NCBI GenBank assembly: GCA_963804955.1
Contig: CAWDSQ010000036.1
Coordinates: 12,337-76,336, forward strand
DNA length: 64,000 nt
Reading direction: 5' to 3'
Source: an uncultured delta proteobacterium
GTDB lineage: Bacteria; Desulfobacterota; WTBG01; CAIYCZ01; CAIRTM01
The notes beneath the pieces were generated by a model that had not been told where the DNA came from, did no database searches, and saw only the letters and a list, made by a program, of their open reading frames with translations. The position numbers and the translations under genes were made by a program. Shown in pieces: positions 45,823-56,119 of the stretch; position 1 is the first letter of the stretch, and every line of letters begins with the position of its first letter.

Positions 45823-46491
45823 CTATTTTTGCATCAAGACTGTGCAGGCCCTCAGCCGCTTCAGCAGTTCCGAGAGAATCATGGCGGTTGCTCCCCAGAC
45901 TTTTTCGCTGCCCATCCGGTAAAACGGCACGTTTAATTCCATGTTATTCAAAATTCGTATTTCCGTGCAGCCCATGGAAGGGTCCAGAAACAGGCCAAGC
46001 GGCGTTTCAAGGATTTCGGCAACTTCGCCTGCCTCCATCCTGAGGGATGGCAGCCCCTCGTGCCAGGCAACAAAGGGGTGGACGATAAAGTCCGACGGCG
46101 AGATATACACGGGCGCCAGCGGCCCCAGCACCTGCAGGCTATCCCTCTGCAGCCCGACCTCCTCCATTGTTTCACGCAGAGCAGTGTCAAGCAGCTGCTC
46201 TCCAGGCTCCTGCCTGCCGCCGGGGAAAGAAATTTGTCCCGGATGGTATTTTAAATCTTCGTGCCGCCGGATAAGAAGGATATGCGGCGAGCTGAATTTT
46301 TCATACAGAACCAGCAGCACCGCCCCTATGCGCGGATTGCCCGGCCTGTCGGCAGGCCGCGTCAGGGGCCGCGGCGAGGGCGACATGACGCTGTGGGCCG
46401 AAGCCGCGTCAAAGCCGGGAAGGCTCAAGGCTGTGCGTATGAGGCCGGGCGAAAGCAGCATGGTTGGTGTTGTTTTTTTACCTTTGTTCAT
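45823..46491 (-). CDS. CoA pyrophosphatase-like Nudix hydrolase
   Basis: HPGQISFPGG...TALRETMEEVG; VWGATA. Confidence 0.9.
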   Translation of the reverse strand: MNKGKKTTPTMLLSPGLIRTALSLPGFDAASAHSVMSPSPRPLTRPADRPGNPRIGAVLLVLYEKFSSPHILLIRRHEDLKYHPGQISFPGGRQEPGEQLLDTALRETMEEVGLQRDSLQVLGPLAPVYISPSDFIVHPFVAWHEGLPSLRMEAGEVAEILETPLGLFLDPSMGCTEIRILNNMELNVPFYRMGSEKVWGATAMILSELLKRLRACTVLMQK

Positions 46492-46548
46492 ATAGTATTG
46501 GTTATATAGCAATATGGTATTTCTTTCAATCCGGATACGCGAGGCCCC

Positions 46549-47443
46549 ATGAAAAAGAATGCTTCTGCAGGGTCGCCACGGCCCGCCATGCACAGATACA
46601 CATATCTTTGTTTGGGCTGTTTGCTGTTTGCGGCTGCAGCAGGCCCCGCCGATGCTAAGCTGAACGCATGTGTCAGTATCCTGCCGCAGGCCTATTTTGT
46701 GGAGCGCGTGGGCGGCGAAAATATTACGGTGAGCGTGCTGGTGGGGCCGGGCCAGTCTCCCCATGCCTTTGAGCCGACTCCCAGGCAAATAATGGCCATG
46801 TCTCAGGCTGATATTTTTTTTAAAATAGGCCTGCCCTTTGAAGACCGGCTGCTGGGCAAGATCGGCAGCATTTTAAAAAACGCTGCCGTAGTTGATACCC
46901 GGCACGGCATTGCGCTCCGGCCCTCGGAAGATCACCGATGAGCATGGCGGGGGGCATGCAGGGCCCGACCCCCATATATGGCTTGCGCCGAAACTGATAC
47001 GGCAGCAGGCGCAGACCATATGCGAGGCACTGTGCCTGCGCGATGAAGTCCACTGTGCTGCCTATCGCCGCAACCTTGCCGCATTTCAGGCCGAGCTCGA
47101 CAGCCTTGATGCCGAGCTGGCGGGCCGCCTTTCTTCCTGTGCCGGCAGGGAAATATTTGTTTTTCATCCGGCCCTTGGCTATTTCGCCGATGCCTATAAG
47201 CTGAAACAGGTTCCTATCGAGATGGCCGGCAAGGAACCGGGCTCAAAATCTTTTGCCGCCCTGGTGGGGAGAGCAAGGGCAGGGGGCGTGAAGACGATTT
47301 TTGCCGAGCGGCAGTTCTCTCCCAAAAGCGCCCAGGCCGTGGCACAGCAGATCGGGGCCGAGGTCGTGATGATTGATCCGCTGGCGCGGGACTGTTTTCA
47401 GAACCTGCGCGAGATTGCGGGAATGATAGAGAAGATGAAATAG
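46549..47443 (+). CDS. znuA: Zn/Mn ABC transporter substrate-binding protein (frameshift near 46930)
   Basis: SPHAFEP, DPHIWL, FHPALGYF, IDPL. Confidence 0.85.
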
Positions 47444-47535
47444 AAAAAGTTTCATTGGTTGGATTGGTTCAATGAGTTTATGGTTATCTCCAAAGTTGAA
47501 CCTGTGTATGGTCGTTAATTTCATTGCACAATTTT

Positions 47536-47651
47536 GTCATTTCGACCGCAGGGAGTGCGCAGGTTGCGTACTCGCACTCAATCTTAGACTGAAGTGAAAT
47601 GAAGGTGTTGAAGATTTCTGCATCCCGCTTTCAGCGGGATTCGAAATGACA
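47536..47651. repeat. GTCAT-type REP palindrome inside the znu operon
   Basis: TGTCATTTCGA...TTCGAAATGACA. Confidence 0.7.
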
Positions 47652-47764
47652 GCAAGACCAATTACGACAAAGGGTATATAAGCTGGTGTCCAGCTTAAGG
47701 GGTTAGTCAGTTTGGAGACCAACCAGATAGTTTAATTGGTTCGGAAGAGGCGGACGTAAAAGTT

Positions 47765-48535
47765 ATGAGCACCGACACAATCATAGAGCTTGAAAAGGTT
47801 TCTTTTTCCTATGACGGGTTTTCCGTTCTGGAGGATGTGACCTTTTGCATACGCGCGGGCGAGTTTATCTGCGTGGTGGGGCCCAATGGCGGGGGCAAGA
47901 CCACGCTGCTGAAGCTTATACTCGGGCTGCTGAAGCCGGCGACCGGCAGCCTGCGCGTTTTCGGTATGCAGGCTGAACAGGGCCGGCAGCGCATTGGCTA
48001 TGTGCCCCAGCATGCGCAGGTCGATCCGCAGTTTCCGGTCACAGCCCTTGACGTGGTGCTCATGGGCAGGCTCACCGGCAGCCGGCGCTCGGGGTTTTTT
48101 AATGCGCGAGACAGGCAGGCGGCCCGCGACTCTCTCGGGCAGCTGGGCTTAGCTGATTTTTCCAGCCGGCCTTTCTCGGCTCTTTCCGGCGGCCAGCGGC
48201 AGCGCGTGCTCATAGCCCGGGCGCTTGTGGGCAAGCCGGAGCTGCTGCTGCTTGACGAGCCGACATCGAGCCTTGACCTGCATGTTGAAAATGAATTCTA
48301 CGAGCTGCTGAGCGATATAAACAAGCGGCTCACCATCGTGCTCGTATCTCATGATCTGGGTTTTGTAACGCCATTTTCAACAAGCGTCGTCTGTGTCAAG
48401 CGCTTCGTGCAGGTTCACCCGACAAGCCAGCTCAGCGGCGACCACCTCATCCGCGACATCTACGGAACCGATATGCTCATGGTGCGGCATGATCACCGCT
48501 GCGCCGAGAAAGGCCACGAATGTGGGAATTCCTGA
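47765..48535 (+). CDS. znuC: Metal ABC transporter ATPase
   Basis: GPNGGGKT, LSGGQRQR, LLLDEP, VSHD. Confidence 0.9.
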   Translation: MSTDTIIELEKVSFSYDGFSVLEDVTFCIRAGEFICVVGPNGGGKTTLLKLILGLLKPATGSLRVFGMQAEQGRQRIGYVPQHAQVDPQFPVTALDVVLMGRLTGSRRSGFFNARDRQAARDSLGQLGLADFSSRPFSALSGGQRQRVLIARALVGKPELLLLDEPTSSLDLHVENEFYELLSDINKRLTIVLVSHDLGFVTPFSTSVVCVKRFVQVHPTSQLSGDHLIRDIYGTDMLMVRHDHRCAEKGHECGNS

Positions 48536-49390
48536 CAGCCGTCCGTGATTACCCCTTTATGCGCTACGGCCTTGCGGCCGGGCTGCTGGCAAGCTTTGCC
48601 TGCGGCGTGGTGGGCAGCTATGTGGTTGCCCGGCGCATCAGCTACATTGCCGGCAGCATCGCTCACTGCGTGCTGGGCGGCATCGGGGCTGCGCGCTATT
48701 TTCAGGTGGTGCATGGCTGGCAGAGCTTCACCCCCCTTGTCGGCGCCGTGATCGCGGCCCTCGCCTCGGCCTTCATCATCGGCATCGTGAGCCTGCGGGC
48801 CAAGCAGCGGGAAGATACGGTCATCGGCGCCCTGTGGGCCATCGGCATGGCCGTCGGCGTGCTGTTTATCTCGCGCACGCCGGGCTATAATGAAGACCTC
48901 ATGAGCTATCTGTTCGGCAATATTCTCATGGTGGGGCCGGCAGATCTGTGGATCATCGCGGGCCTTGACCTGCTGGTGGCAGCAGTTGTCGCCCTGTGCT
49001 ACAACCAGCTGCTGTCGGTCTGCTTCGACGAGGAATTCGCCCGCATCCGGGGGTTGCGCGTCGAGCTGTACTATCTGCTGCTGCTGGCGCTCACAGCCCT
49101 GACCGTTGTGCTGCTGTCAACCGTTGTCGGCGTGCTCATGGTCATAGCGCTGCTCACCCTGCCGGTGGCGGTAGCAAATGTTTTTGTCAAGACCATGGGC
49201 CGCATCATGGCGCTGTCGGTTGTCTTAAGCGCGCTGTTTCACCACCGGGGGCCTTGCCATAAGCTACGGCCCCGATCTGCCCGCAGGAGCAACCATTATC
49301 ATTATTGCCGGCATCGTCTATATCAGCGTCGCGGCAGGCGCTGCCATCAGGGCCGGCATGCGCAAGCCCCCGGGCGGCGAACCGGCTTGA
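48520..49390 (+). CDS. znuB: Metal ABC transporter permease (frameshift near 49240)
   Basis: GSYVVARR...IAHCVLGG, YLFGNIL, VGVLMVIALLTLP; C-terminus YGPDLPAGATII in the shifted frame. Confidence 0.88.
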
Positions 49391-49456
49391 CACCCCCTGC
49401 TGTTTCTGGTAACTTCACTGAAAACCGTGACTTTTTTCCCTGGAGGGGATTTTTTT

Positions 49457-50010
49457 ATGGAGCTGGCAAACGCGATCAAGGGCAGGCGCAGCATTCGCAG
49501 CTACAGGCCCGACCCGGTCTCTGCCGCCGATCTGCAGTATATCCTTGAAGCGGCGCAGTGGGCGCCGTCCTGGGCCAATACCCAGTGCTGGGAATTCATC
49601 ATTGTGCAGGACGGGGCACTCCGGCAAAGGCTTGCCGAAACCCTGCCTGAGAAAAATCCGGCACGGGGCGCTTTCGCGCAGGCGCCGATTGTTATTGCGG
49701 CCTGCGCCGCCACCGGCATATCCGGGTTTTTCAAGGGCAGCCCGGCAACCGATAAGGGCGACTGGCTGCTGTTTGACCTGGGCCTGGCGCTGCAGAACCT
49801 TGACTCTGGCGGCCTTATGAGAAGGGCCTCGGGACTGTTCATGTGGGGTTTTTCGATGCCGGCAAAGCAGGCCAGGTGCTTGGCCTGCCCGGGGGCCACA
49901 CGGTTGTGGAACTGCTGCCGCTGGGGCATCCGGCTGAAGAGGGCAGGGTGACGCCGCGCAAACCCATAGAGGAGTTTGTTTTTTACAACGGGTATGGCAG
50001 GAAGGCCTGA
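49457..50010 (+). CDS. Nitroreductase-family protein (frameshifted near 49805)
   Basis: RRSIRSY, APSWANTQCW, DLGLALQNL. Confidence 0.85.
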
Positions 50011-50014
50011 GCAG

Positions 50015-50673
50015 ATGGGCCTTTTCATATCATTTGAAGGTATCGAGGGCTGCGGTAAAACCACGCAGATACAGCTTCTGGCAAAATATCTTGAAAGCCG
50101 GGGGCTGTCCTGCATTCTCACCCGCGAACCCGGCGGCACAGCCGTCGGCGAGGCCATCAGGGAAATTTTCCTTCGCAGCAGCAATACGGCCCTTATTCCG
50201 CTGACCGAACTGCTGCTGGTGACGGCGGCTCGCGTGCAGCATATCCATGAGGTCATTATCCCCGGCCTTGCTGCGGGCAAGATTGTTCTGTGCGACAGGT
50301 TTTTCGATGCCACCGCTGCCTACCAGGGGTATGCCGCAGGCGCCTCTCTTGAGCTTATCCGGCGCAGCCATGAGCTTTTCTGCGACAATCTTGCGCCCGA
50401 CCTGACGCTGCTGCTGGACTGCCCGCTTGAGCTGGGCCTTGCCCGGTCCCGCGCACGCAACAAGGCCGCCGGCCAGGAGCTTGCGGAGGGCCGCTTTGAG
50501 GACAAGGATATGGCTTTTCACGCCAGGGTCCGGCAGGGCATATCTTTGCGCGCGCCGACCAGGAGCCCGGCCGTTTCCACATTATCTATGCCGGGGAGAC
50601 AATCGAGGCCATACACGAAAACATCGTAAGCAGCGTGACGGCAAGGCTTCGGGAGAAGGGCTATGCCGTTTGA
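50015..50673 (+). CDS. tmk: Thymidylate kinase (frameshift near 50545)
   Basis: FISFEGIEGCGKTT, TREPGGT, CDRF, PDLTLLLD. Confidence 0.93.
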
Positions 50674-51613
50674 CGACATACGGGGCCATAGCCGCCAGGT
50701 GCTGATTCTTAAATCCATGCTCCGCAGCGGCCACCTGCCCCATGCCTTCCTGTTTACCGGCATCGAAGGCATCGGCAAGCGCATGGTTGCAGCGGGGTTT
50801 GGTGAAGGCGCTCAACTGCCTGACCCTGAGCGACGATTTCTGCGGGCAGTGCCTGCCGTGCCGCAAGATCGAGAAGATGGCCCACCCCGACGTGCAGGTC
50901 GTCGAGCCTGAAAAGAATGTGCTGAAAATCGAGCAGGTGCGGGCTTTGCAGCAGGATATCGTGCTGAAGCCCCTGGAGGGGAAAAAAAAGGCGGTCATCA
51001 TCGATCAGGCCGAAAAGATGAATGCCCCGGCGGCAAACTGCCTTTTGAAAACCCTTGAGGAGCCGCCGGAAGACACGGTGCTTGTTCTTATCGCCCAGGC
51101 CGTATCGGATATGCTCCCGACGGTGCTGTCGCGCTGCCAGCTGATACATTTTTCGCCCCTGTGCGACGCCGATCTCAGTGCCCTGCTTGCCGGGAAGGGG
51201 ATCGATGCGCAGCAGATACAGCTGCTGCTGCCGCTGGCGCAGGGCAGCCTGCAGCGGGCGCTTCTGTTTGCGGGCACCGATTTCATCTCGCGCAGAGAGC
51301 AGATCGCGGCCCGGCTCGGCGAGGGGCCTCTGCCGCGCTGAAGCTTGCCGCCGATCTTGCCGACGATGACGAGCAGCTGCCTTTGGCCCTTGAGTTTCTT
51401 GAATCCTGGTACCGGGATCTGCTGGTGCTGCTTGAGGGCGCCCTGGATGCGCGGCTCTATAATGCCGATCTTGCCGACGGGCTGGCCCGGGCTGCGGAAG
51501 GGGCAACGCGGGGACGCGTGGTTGAAAAGATCAAAAAGCTGCGGCGGCTGCAGACGGGCGCCGCATTTAATCCGGATATGCAGCTGGGCCTCGAAACAGT
51601 GTTTCTGCATTAG
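50663..51613 (+). CDS. holB: DNA polymerase III delta' subunit (two frameshifts)
   Basis: HAFLFTG..GIGK, CGQCLPC, HPDV, AANCLLKTLEEPP, TVLSRCQ; tmk-holB-ricT-metG synteny. Confidence 0.92.
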
Positions 51614-51620
51614 AGAAAAA

Positions 51621-51786
51621 GGCTGTAGGCTGTAGACTGTAGGCCATAGGCTGAGACTGTCAGCTGGAGCAGACCTCTTTTTATCTACAGACGGCTATTG
51701 TGTCATCTCGACCGAAGGGAGAGATCTTTATTAAGGATTGATGTCGCAATGCGCAACCTTCGGTCACGCAGCACCCCGAAATGACA
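51621..51786. repeat. AGGCTGT heptamer run followed by a GTCAT-type REP
   Basis: AGGCTGTAGGCTGTAGACTGTAGGCCAT...; TGTCATCTCGACCGAAGGGAGAGATCT...CGAAATGACA. Confidence 0.65.
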
Positions 51787-51871
51787 ATGAGCCTGCTCCA
51801 GTTTAGAAAAATGCTCTGGTTTTAAAACCGCAACTATTTTTGACAAGCATATAAGGAGACTGAATATACTA

Positions 51872-52693
51872 ATGGCAACAATTGTCGGACTGAAATTACG
51901 CAAAAAACTGCTCCCTTTTGACGCTGACGCCGGGGACCTGGCCCTGCGGGAAGGCGATAAGGTGATGATTGAAGACGACGGGGCGCCGGTTCTCGCAACG
52001 GTGGTTCCCCGGAGCTGCTGCAGGCATCTGCTGCCCGATACGGTGAAGCCCCCCTGCCGCAAAATTCTCCGCAAGGCAGAGGATGCCGACATCAGGCAGG
52101 AGGAGCTCAATGTCCGCATGGAAAAAGATTATTTCAAAGCCTGCCAGCGCAAAATTGTCCAGCACAACCTGCCCATGAAGCTTGTTGAAGTTGCCATTGA
52201 GCCCGACGGCAGCAAGGTGGTGTTTTTCTTTGTGGCTGAAAACAGGGTCGATTTTCGTGCGCTGGTGAAGGAGCTTGCCTCGGAGCTGCGAACGCGCATC
52301 GAGATGCGCCAGATAGGCGCCCGCACCGAAGCGCAGGTGAAAGGCGGCCTCGGCTGCTGCGGCCGCGAGCTGTGCTGTACGGGATTTCTCAAAAAGTTCT
52401 GCCCGGTGACGGTCAAGATGACCAAGGAGCAGGGGCTGCCCCTTGATCCGGAGAAGATTTCCGGGGTGTGCGGCAGGCTTATGTGCTGCCTGGCCTATGA
52501 GTATGACACCTATGTGCACATGAAGGAGGGCCTGCCGAAAATCGGCAAGCGGATCACCACTCCCCAGGGCCTGGCCAAGGTCCGGCAGGTCAATGTGATT
52601 GCCCATAAGCTGGTGCTGGAGCTTGAAGACGGCTCCATAACGGATATGAGCATCGATGATTACAAGCCCGAGATGCTTGTGCGCCAGCAGTGA
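51872..52693 (+). CDS. ricT: PSP1-domain RicT/YaaT protein
   Basis: RVDFRALVKELA...RIEMRQIG, GCCGRELCC, SGVCGRLMCCLAYE. Confidence 0.9.
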   Translation: MATIVGLKLRKKLLPFDADAGDLALREGDKVMIEDDGAPVLATVVPRSCCRHLLPDTVKPPCRKILRKAEDADIRQEELNVRMEKDYFKACQRKIVQHNLPMKLVEVAIEPDGSKVVFFFVAENRVDFRALVKELASELRTRIEMRQIGARTEAQVKGGLGCCGRELCCTGFLKKFCPVTVKMTKEQGLPLDPEKISGVCGRLMCCLAYEYDTYVHMKEGLPKIGKRITTPQGLAKVRQVNVIAHKLVLELEDGSITDMSIDDYKPEMLVRQQ

Positions 52694-52705
52694 GGTTGCG
52701 CTACC

Positions 52706-54248
52706 ATGAAGAAGCCGTTTTATCTGACAACTCCCATCTACTATGTCAACGACGTGCCCCATATCGGGCATGCCTACACCACCATCGCCTGCGACGCCCT
52801 TGCCCGCTACAAGCGGATGAAGGGCTGCAGCGTCTTTTTTCTTACCGGCACCGACGAGCATGGCCTGAAAGTCGAGAAGGCCGCCGGCGAGGCGGGCGAG
52901 CAGCCCATCGAGCTTGCCGACCGCGTCGTGCAGCGCTTCCGCAGCCTGTGGGAGAAGCTGCTGGTCACCAACACGGATTTCATCCGCACCACGGAGGCCC
53001 GCCACAAAGAGGCGGTGCGGGAATTTTTCAAGAAAGTCGAGGCAAACGGCGATGTGTACCTGGGCTCCTATGAAGACTGGTACTGCGTGCCCTGCGAAAG
53101 CTTTCTGACCGAGACGCAGCTTGCCGGCGGCGCATGCCCCGACTGCGGCCGCCCCGTGGAAAAGCTCAAGGAGGAAAGCTATTTTTTCAGGCTTTCGCGC
53201 TATACCGAGCCGCTGCTGAAGTACTATGAGGACAACCCCGATTTCATACAGCCGCCGTCGCGCCGCAATGAGATCGTCAGCTTTGTGAAAGAAGGGCTGC
53301 GCGATTTGAGCATCAGCCGCACCACCTTCAGCTGGGGCATACCGATACCGGGCAATGACCGGCATATTTTTTATGTCTGGTTCGACGCGCTGCTGAACTA
53401 TGTCTCAGCCCTGGGGTATTTCGCGGGCGGCGATGCCGCGGCCTTCTGGCCCGCAGACGTGCACGTGATCGGCAAGGATATTCTGCGGTTTCCACACGGT
53501 GTACTGGCCGGCTTTTCTGCTGTCTGCGGGCCTGCCGCTGCCGAAAAAAGTGTTTGCCCACGGCTGGTGGACCATTGAAGGGAAAAAGATGTCAAAATCG
53601 CTCGGCAATGTGGTTGATCCCGGCGCTCTTGCCGATGAGTACGGCATTGATCAGGTGCGGTATTTTCTGCTGCGGGAAGTGCCCTTCGGCCTCGACGGCG
53701 ACTATTCGCGGCAGGCCATTGTGGGGCGCATCAACAGCGATCTGGCCAATGATTTCGGCAACCTTGCAAGCCGCACGATCTCCATGGTGCATAAATATTT
53801 CGACGGCGAAATCCGCCCGGGCACGTCCGCAGGGCCTGCCGAGCTGCGGCTGCAGGACAAGGCCCGCAGCGTGATCGCCGAGGTCGACCGGCATATGAAC
53901 GCCCTTGCCTTCAACAAAGCTCTCGTCGCCCTCTGGGAGCTGGTGTCCATGGTCAACAAGTATATCGACGAGAGCGCGCCCTGGGCGCTGGCCAAAGATC
54001 CGGCTCAGAGCGAGCGTCTGGCAGCCGTCATGGCAGCCTGCGCCGATGCCCTGAAAATATCCGCCCTGCTTGCGGCGCCGTTTATGCCCCTTGCGGCCCA
54101 GAAGCTGTGGGAAGCGCTCGGGGGGGCGGGCCCGGTTGCCGGCCAGCAGATCGATACGTTTGACGTTGCCGGATGCGTGCCGCCGGGCACGCGCCTGCAG
54201 AAGATTACCGCGCTTTTTCCGCGCATTCAGGCAGACGCCCAGGCATGA
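52706..54248 (+). CDS. metG: Methionyl-tRNA synthetase, short form (frameshift near 53490)
   Basis: TTPIYYVN, HIGH, GTDEHG, YVWFDAL, GKDILRFH, KMSKS. Confidence 0.96.
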
Positions 54249-54841
54249 CCCGCTCCAATTTCAATATACCCAATGCCCTCACGCTGACACGGATAGTTCT
54301 GGTGCCGGTGCTGTTTATCGTGCTGTTGAAATCGCCGGGCAAATTTTTAAGCTTTGTCGCAGCACTGGTATTCGGCCTGGCATCCATTACGGACTTTCTC
54401 GACGGCTACCTTGCCCGCAGGATGAATCTTGTCACAACGCTCGGGAAATTTCTTGATCCCCTGGCAGACAAGCTGCTGGTGGGCGTTGCGCTCATCATGA
54501 TGATACAGCTCGACCGGGTGGCGCCCTGGATCGTGGCGCTGATCGTGGGCCGCGAGATACTGGTCATCAGCCTTCGCATGGTGGCCCTTCGCGAGCAGAT
54601 TGTCATCGAGACCACGAAGATTGCAAAGTATAAAACGGGTTTTCAAATTGCCGCCGTCATCGGCCTGCTTATCCATTACGGCTACCGGATCGGCACCGGG
54701 CCGTCAAGCTTCGTGCTTGATTTTCACGTCCTGGGAACATGGCTGCTGTACATCGCTCTGGTGATTACCCTGTGGTCGGGGGCAGACTATTTTTATAAAT
54801 TTATCAAGCTTGTTTCCGATTCGCGGGCCCCGGCAGACTGA
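54245..54841 (+). CDS. pgsA: CDP-diacylglycerol--glycerol-3-phosphate 3-phosphatidyltransferase
   Basis: NIPNALT..R, TDFLDGYLARR...GKFLDPLADK; precedes tRNA-Gly and tRNA-Cys. Confidence 0.94.
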   Translation: MTRSNFNIPNALTLTRIVLVPVLFIVLLKSPGKFLSFVAALVFGLASITDFLDGYLARRMNLVTTLGKFLDPLADKLLVGVALIMMIQLDRVAPWIVALIVGREILVISLRMVALREQIVIETTKIAKYKTGFQIAAVIGLLIHYGYRIGTGPSSFVLDFHVLGTWLLYIALVITLWSGADYFYKFIKLVSDSRAPAD

Positions 54842-54882
54842 ACAGCATGTGATATTTATGCTTTTTTTATTCGATTTTCTGA

Positions 54883-54910
54883 TTGACAAAGGCAGGAAAC
54901 TGAATATAAT
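54883..54910 (+). promoter_or_regulatory. Sigma70 promoter of the tRNA operon
   Basis: TTGACA-16 nt-TATAAT, 15 nt upstream of tRNA-Gly. Confidence 0.85.
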
Positions 54911-54925
54911 TTCTATGATTGCTGA

Positions 54926-55000
54926 GCGGGAATAACTCAGTGGTAGAGTACGACCTTGCCAAGGTCGGAGTCGCGGGTTCAAATCCCGTTTCCCGCTCCA
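54926..55000 (+). tRNA. tRNA-Gly(GCC)
   Basis: GCGGGAA acceptor stem, TTGCCAA anticodon loop, GTTCAAATC, encoded CCA. Confidence 0.97.
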
Positions 55001-55011
55001 TTTTTTTTTCT

Positions 55012-55086
55012 GGCGGCGTGGCCAAGTGGTAAGGCAAAGGTCTGCAAAACCTTCATCCACCGGTTCGAATCCGGTCGCCGCCTCCA
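55012..55086 (+). tRNA. tRNA-Cys(GCA)
   Basis: GGCGGCG acceptor stem, CTGCAAA anticodon loop, GTTCGAATC, encoded CCA. Confidence 0.97.
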
Positions 55087-55100
55087 CTTTCATACTAATA

Positions 55101-55144
55101 AAAGGCCTGCCGGCAGATGCTGCCGCAGGCCTTTGTTTTTTTTT
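55101..55144 (+). terminator. Terminator after the tRNA operon
   Basis: AAAGGCCTGC...GCAGGCCTTT followed by a T run. Confidence 0.8.
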
Positions 55145-55612
55145 CCTCAGCCGCAAGCCTGCTTCGTTTACCCCCCAGTGTCCCTCTTGGAGCGGGATTT
55201 TCTGCATACTGTAGCCGCAAAACTATTGGACGTATCGATAAAAGTTCAATCTGTCACTCCGTTGCAACTGAGCAGTCAACAGCTGATTGTTAAATTTTGT
55301 ATACCGACTTTCTCGATCCGACGTTCAGAACAAAACCGCGTTGCTCTTTATTAAGCCACTATGAATCTGGGACAAAGTAAATCACGGTTAAAAAGCGTCT
55401 GATGGCTAAATACCAGTCACACCCACTCTGACGGGAATGCCCTTTTATTTCATTTGGCATCCGGAGTACTCTTGCAGCGGACGGCATCGTGCCCTATATT
55501 CGCCCCAGACTTCCGGTCGCGGTCAATGATTTTTTGGTATAAATAAATTATTTGCATGCCGTATTAATTTTCTTGTAAAAAACAAAAAACTGGGCAATAG
55601 TCCACTTAAAAG

Positions 55613-55698
55613 CGAACCGAAAAGAGCAATCTACGCCTCACGGGTAGAGCGCAAAGTTACCGGTCTATAAAGGTTTGGACAGCGGGGCTGCCGGTTTG
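55613..55698 (+). promoter_or_regulatory. GEMM-I (c-di-GMP-I class) riboswitch aptamer, A20 variant
   Basis: AGCAA-TCTAC..GTAGA-GCGCAAAG-TTACCGGTCTA...GACAGCGGGGCTGCC; P1 AACCG/CGGTT. Confidence 0.78.
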
Positions 55699-55717
55699 GA
55701 ATTTATTGGCACATGGC

Positions 55718-55752
55718 AGGCCTGTCCTTTCCTCAAGGACAGGCCTTTTTTT
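55718..55752 (+). terminator. Riboswitch expression-platform terminator
   Basis: AGGCCTGTCCTT-loop-AAGGACAGGCC followed by TTTTTTT. Confidence 0.85.
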
Positions 55753-56008
55753 AGGCCCGATACATCTACGGCAACTGAGATTAACAGGTCATTGCGGGGC
55801 CGAAGGCCGCGGCAATCTATAATTGATGGGTTGCTGGGCTGGGAGCAGCAAACTGACTGAGCACAGCGTACTACAAAAGAGAGTGGCAAAAAGATTCCCC
55901 CTTTTAAAGGGGGGAACAAAATAAGCGTTTTGGCAAACGGATGTTCGTCCTTAAAACAGAAAATTGGGTTAACAATGGGGGATTTCATCCTGTTCAGGCA
56001 GAAAACCG

Positions 56009-56057
56009 GTCTATGAGTACAAATACTCATACCGTATGAGTATTTGTACTCATAGAC
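56009..56057. promoter_or_regulatory. 49-bp perfect palindrome, candidate multi-site operator
   Basis: GTCTATGAGTACAAATACTCATAC-C-GTATGAGTATTTGTACTCATAGAC. Confidence 0.55.
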
Positions 56058-56119
56058 ATTTGTTTAAAATTTAATATAATTTTAACAGGCTTTAAAACAA
56101 ATTTTTTAAAGGAGGGGGT

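Noticed and set aside
45823..46788. 321-aa extended Nudix ORF
   Set aside because: The extension overlaps the divergent znuA gene. The true start is likely 46491 or 46461.
6412..53365. Long antisense or alternate-frame ORFs (e.g. 6412-7587, 7612-8628, 14874-15983, 18601-20055, 20371-21495, 24237-25352, 51896-53365)
   Set aside because: They are shadows of well-supported genes in GC-rich DNA and have no recognisable motifs.
50015..54248. Programmed frameshifting or true pseudogenes in tmk, holB and metG
   Set aside because: These genes are essential, show no shared slippery motif, and indels occur window-wide, so sequencing error is more likely.
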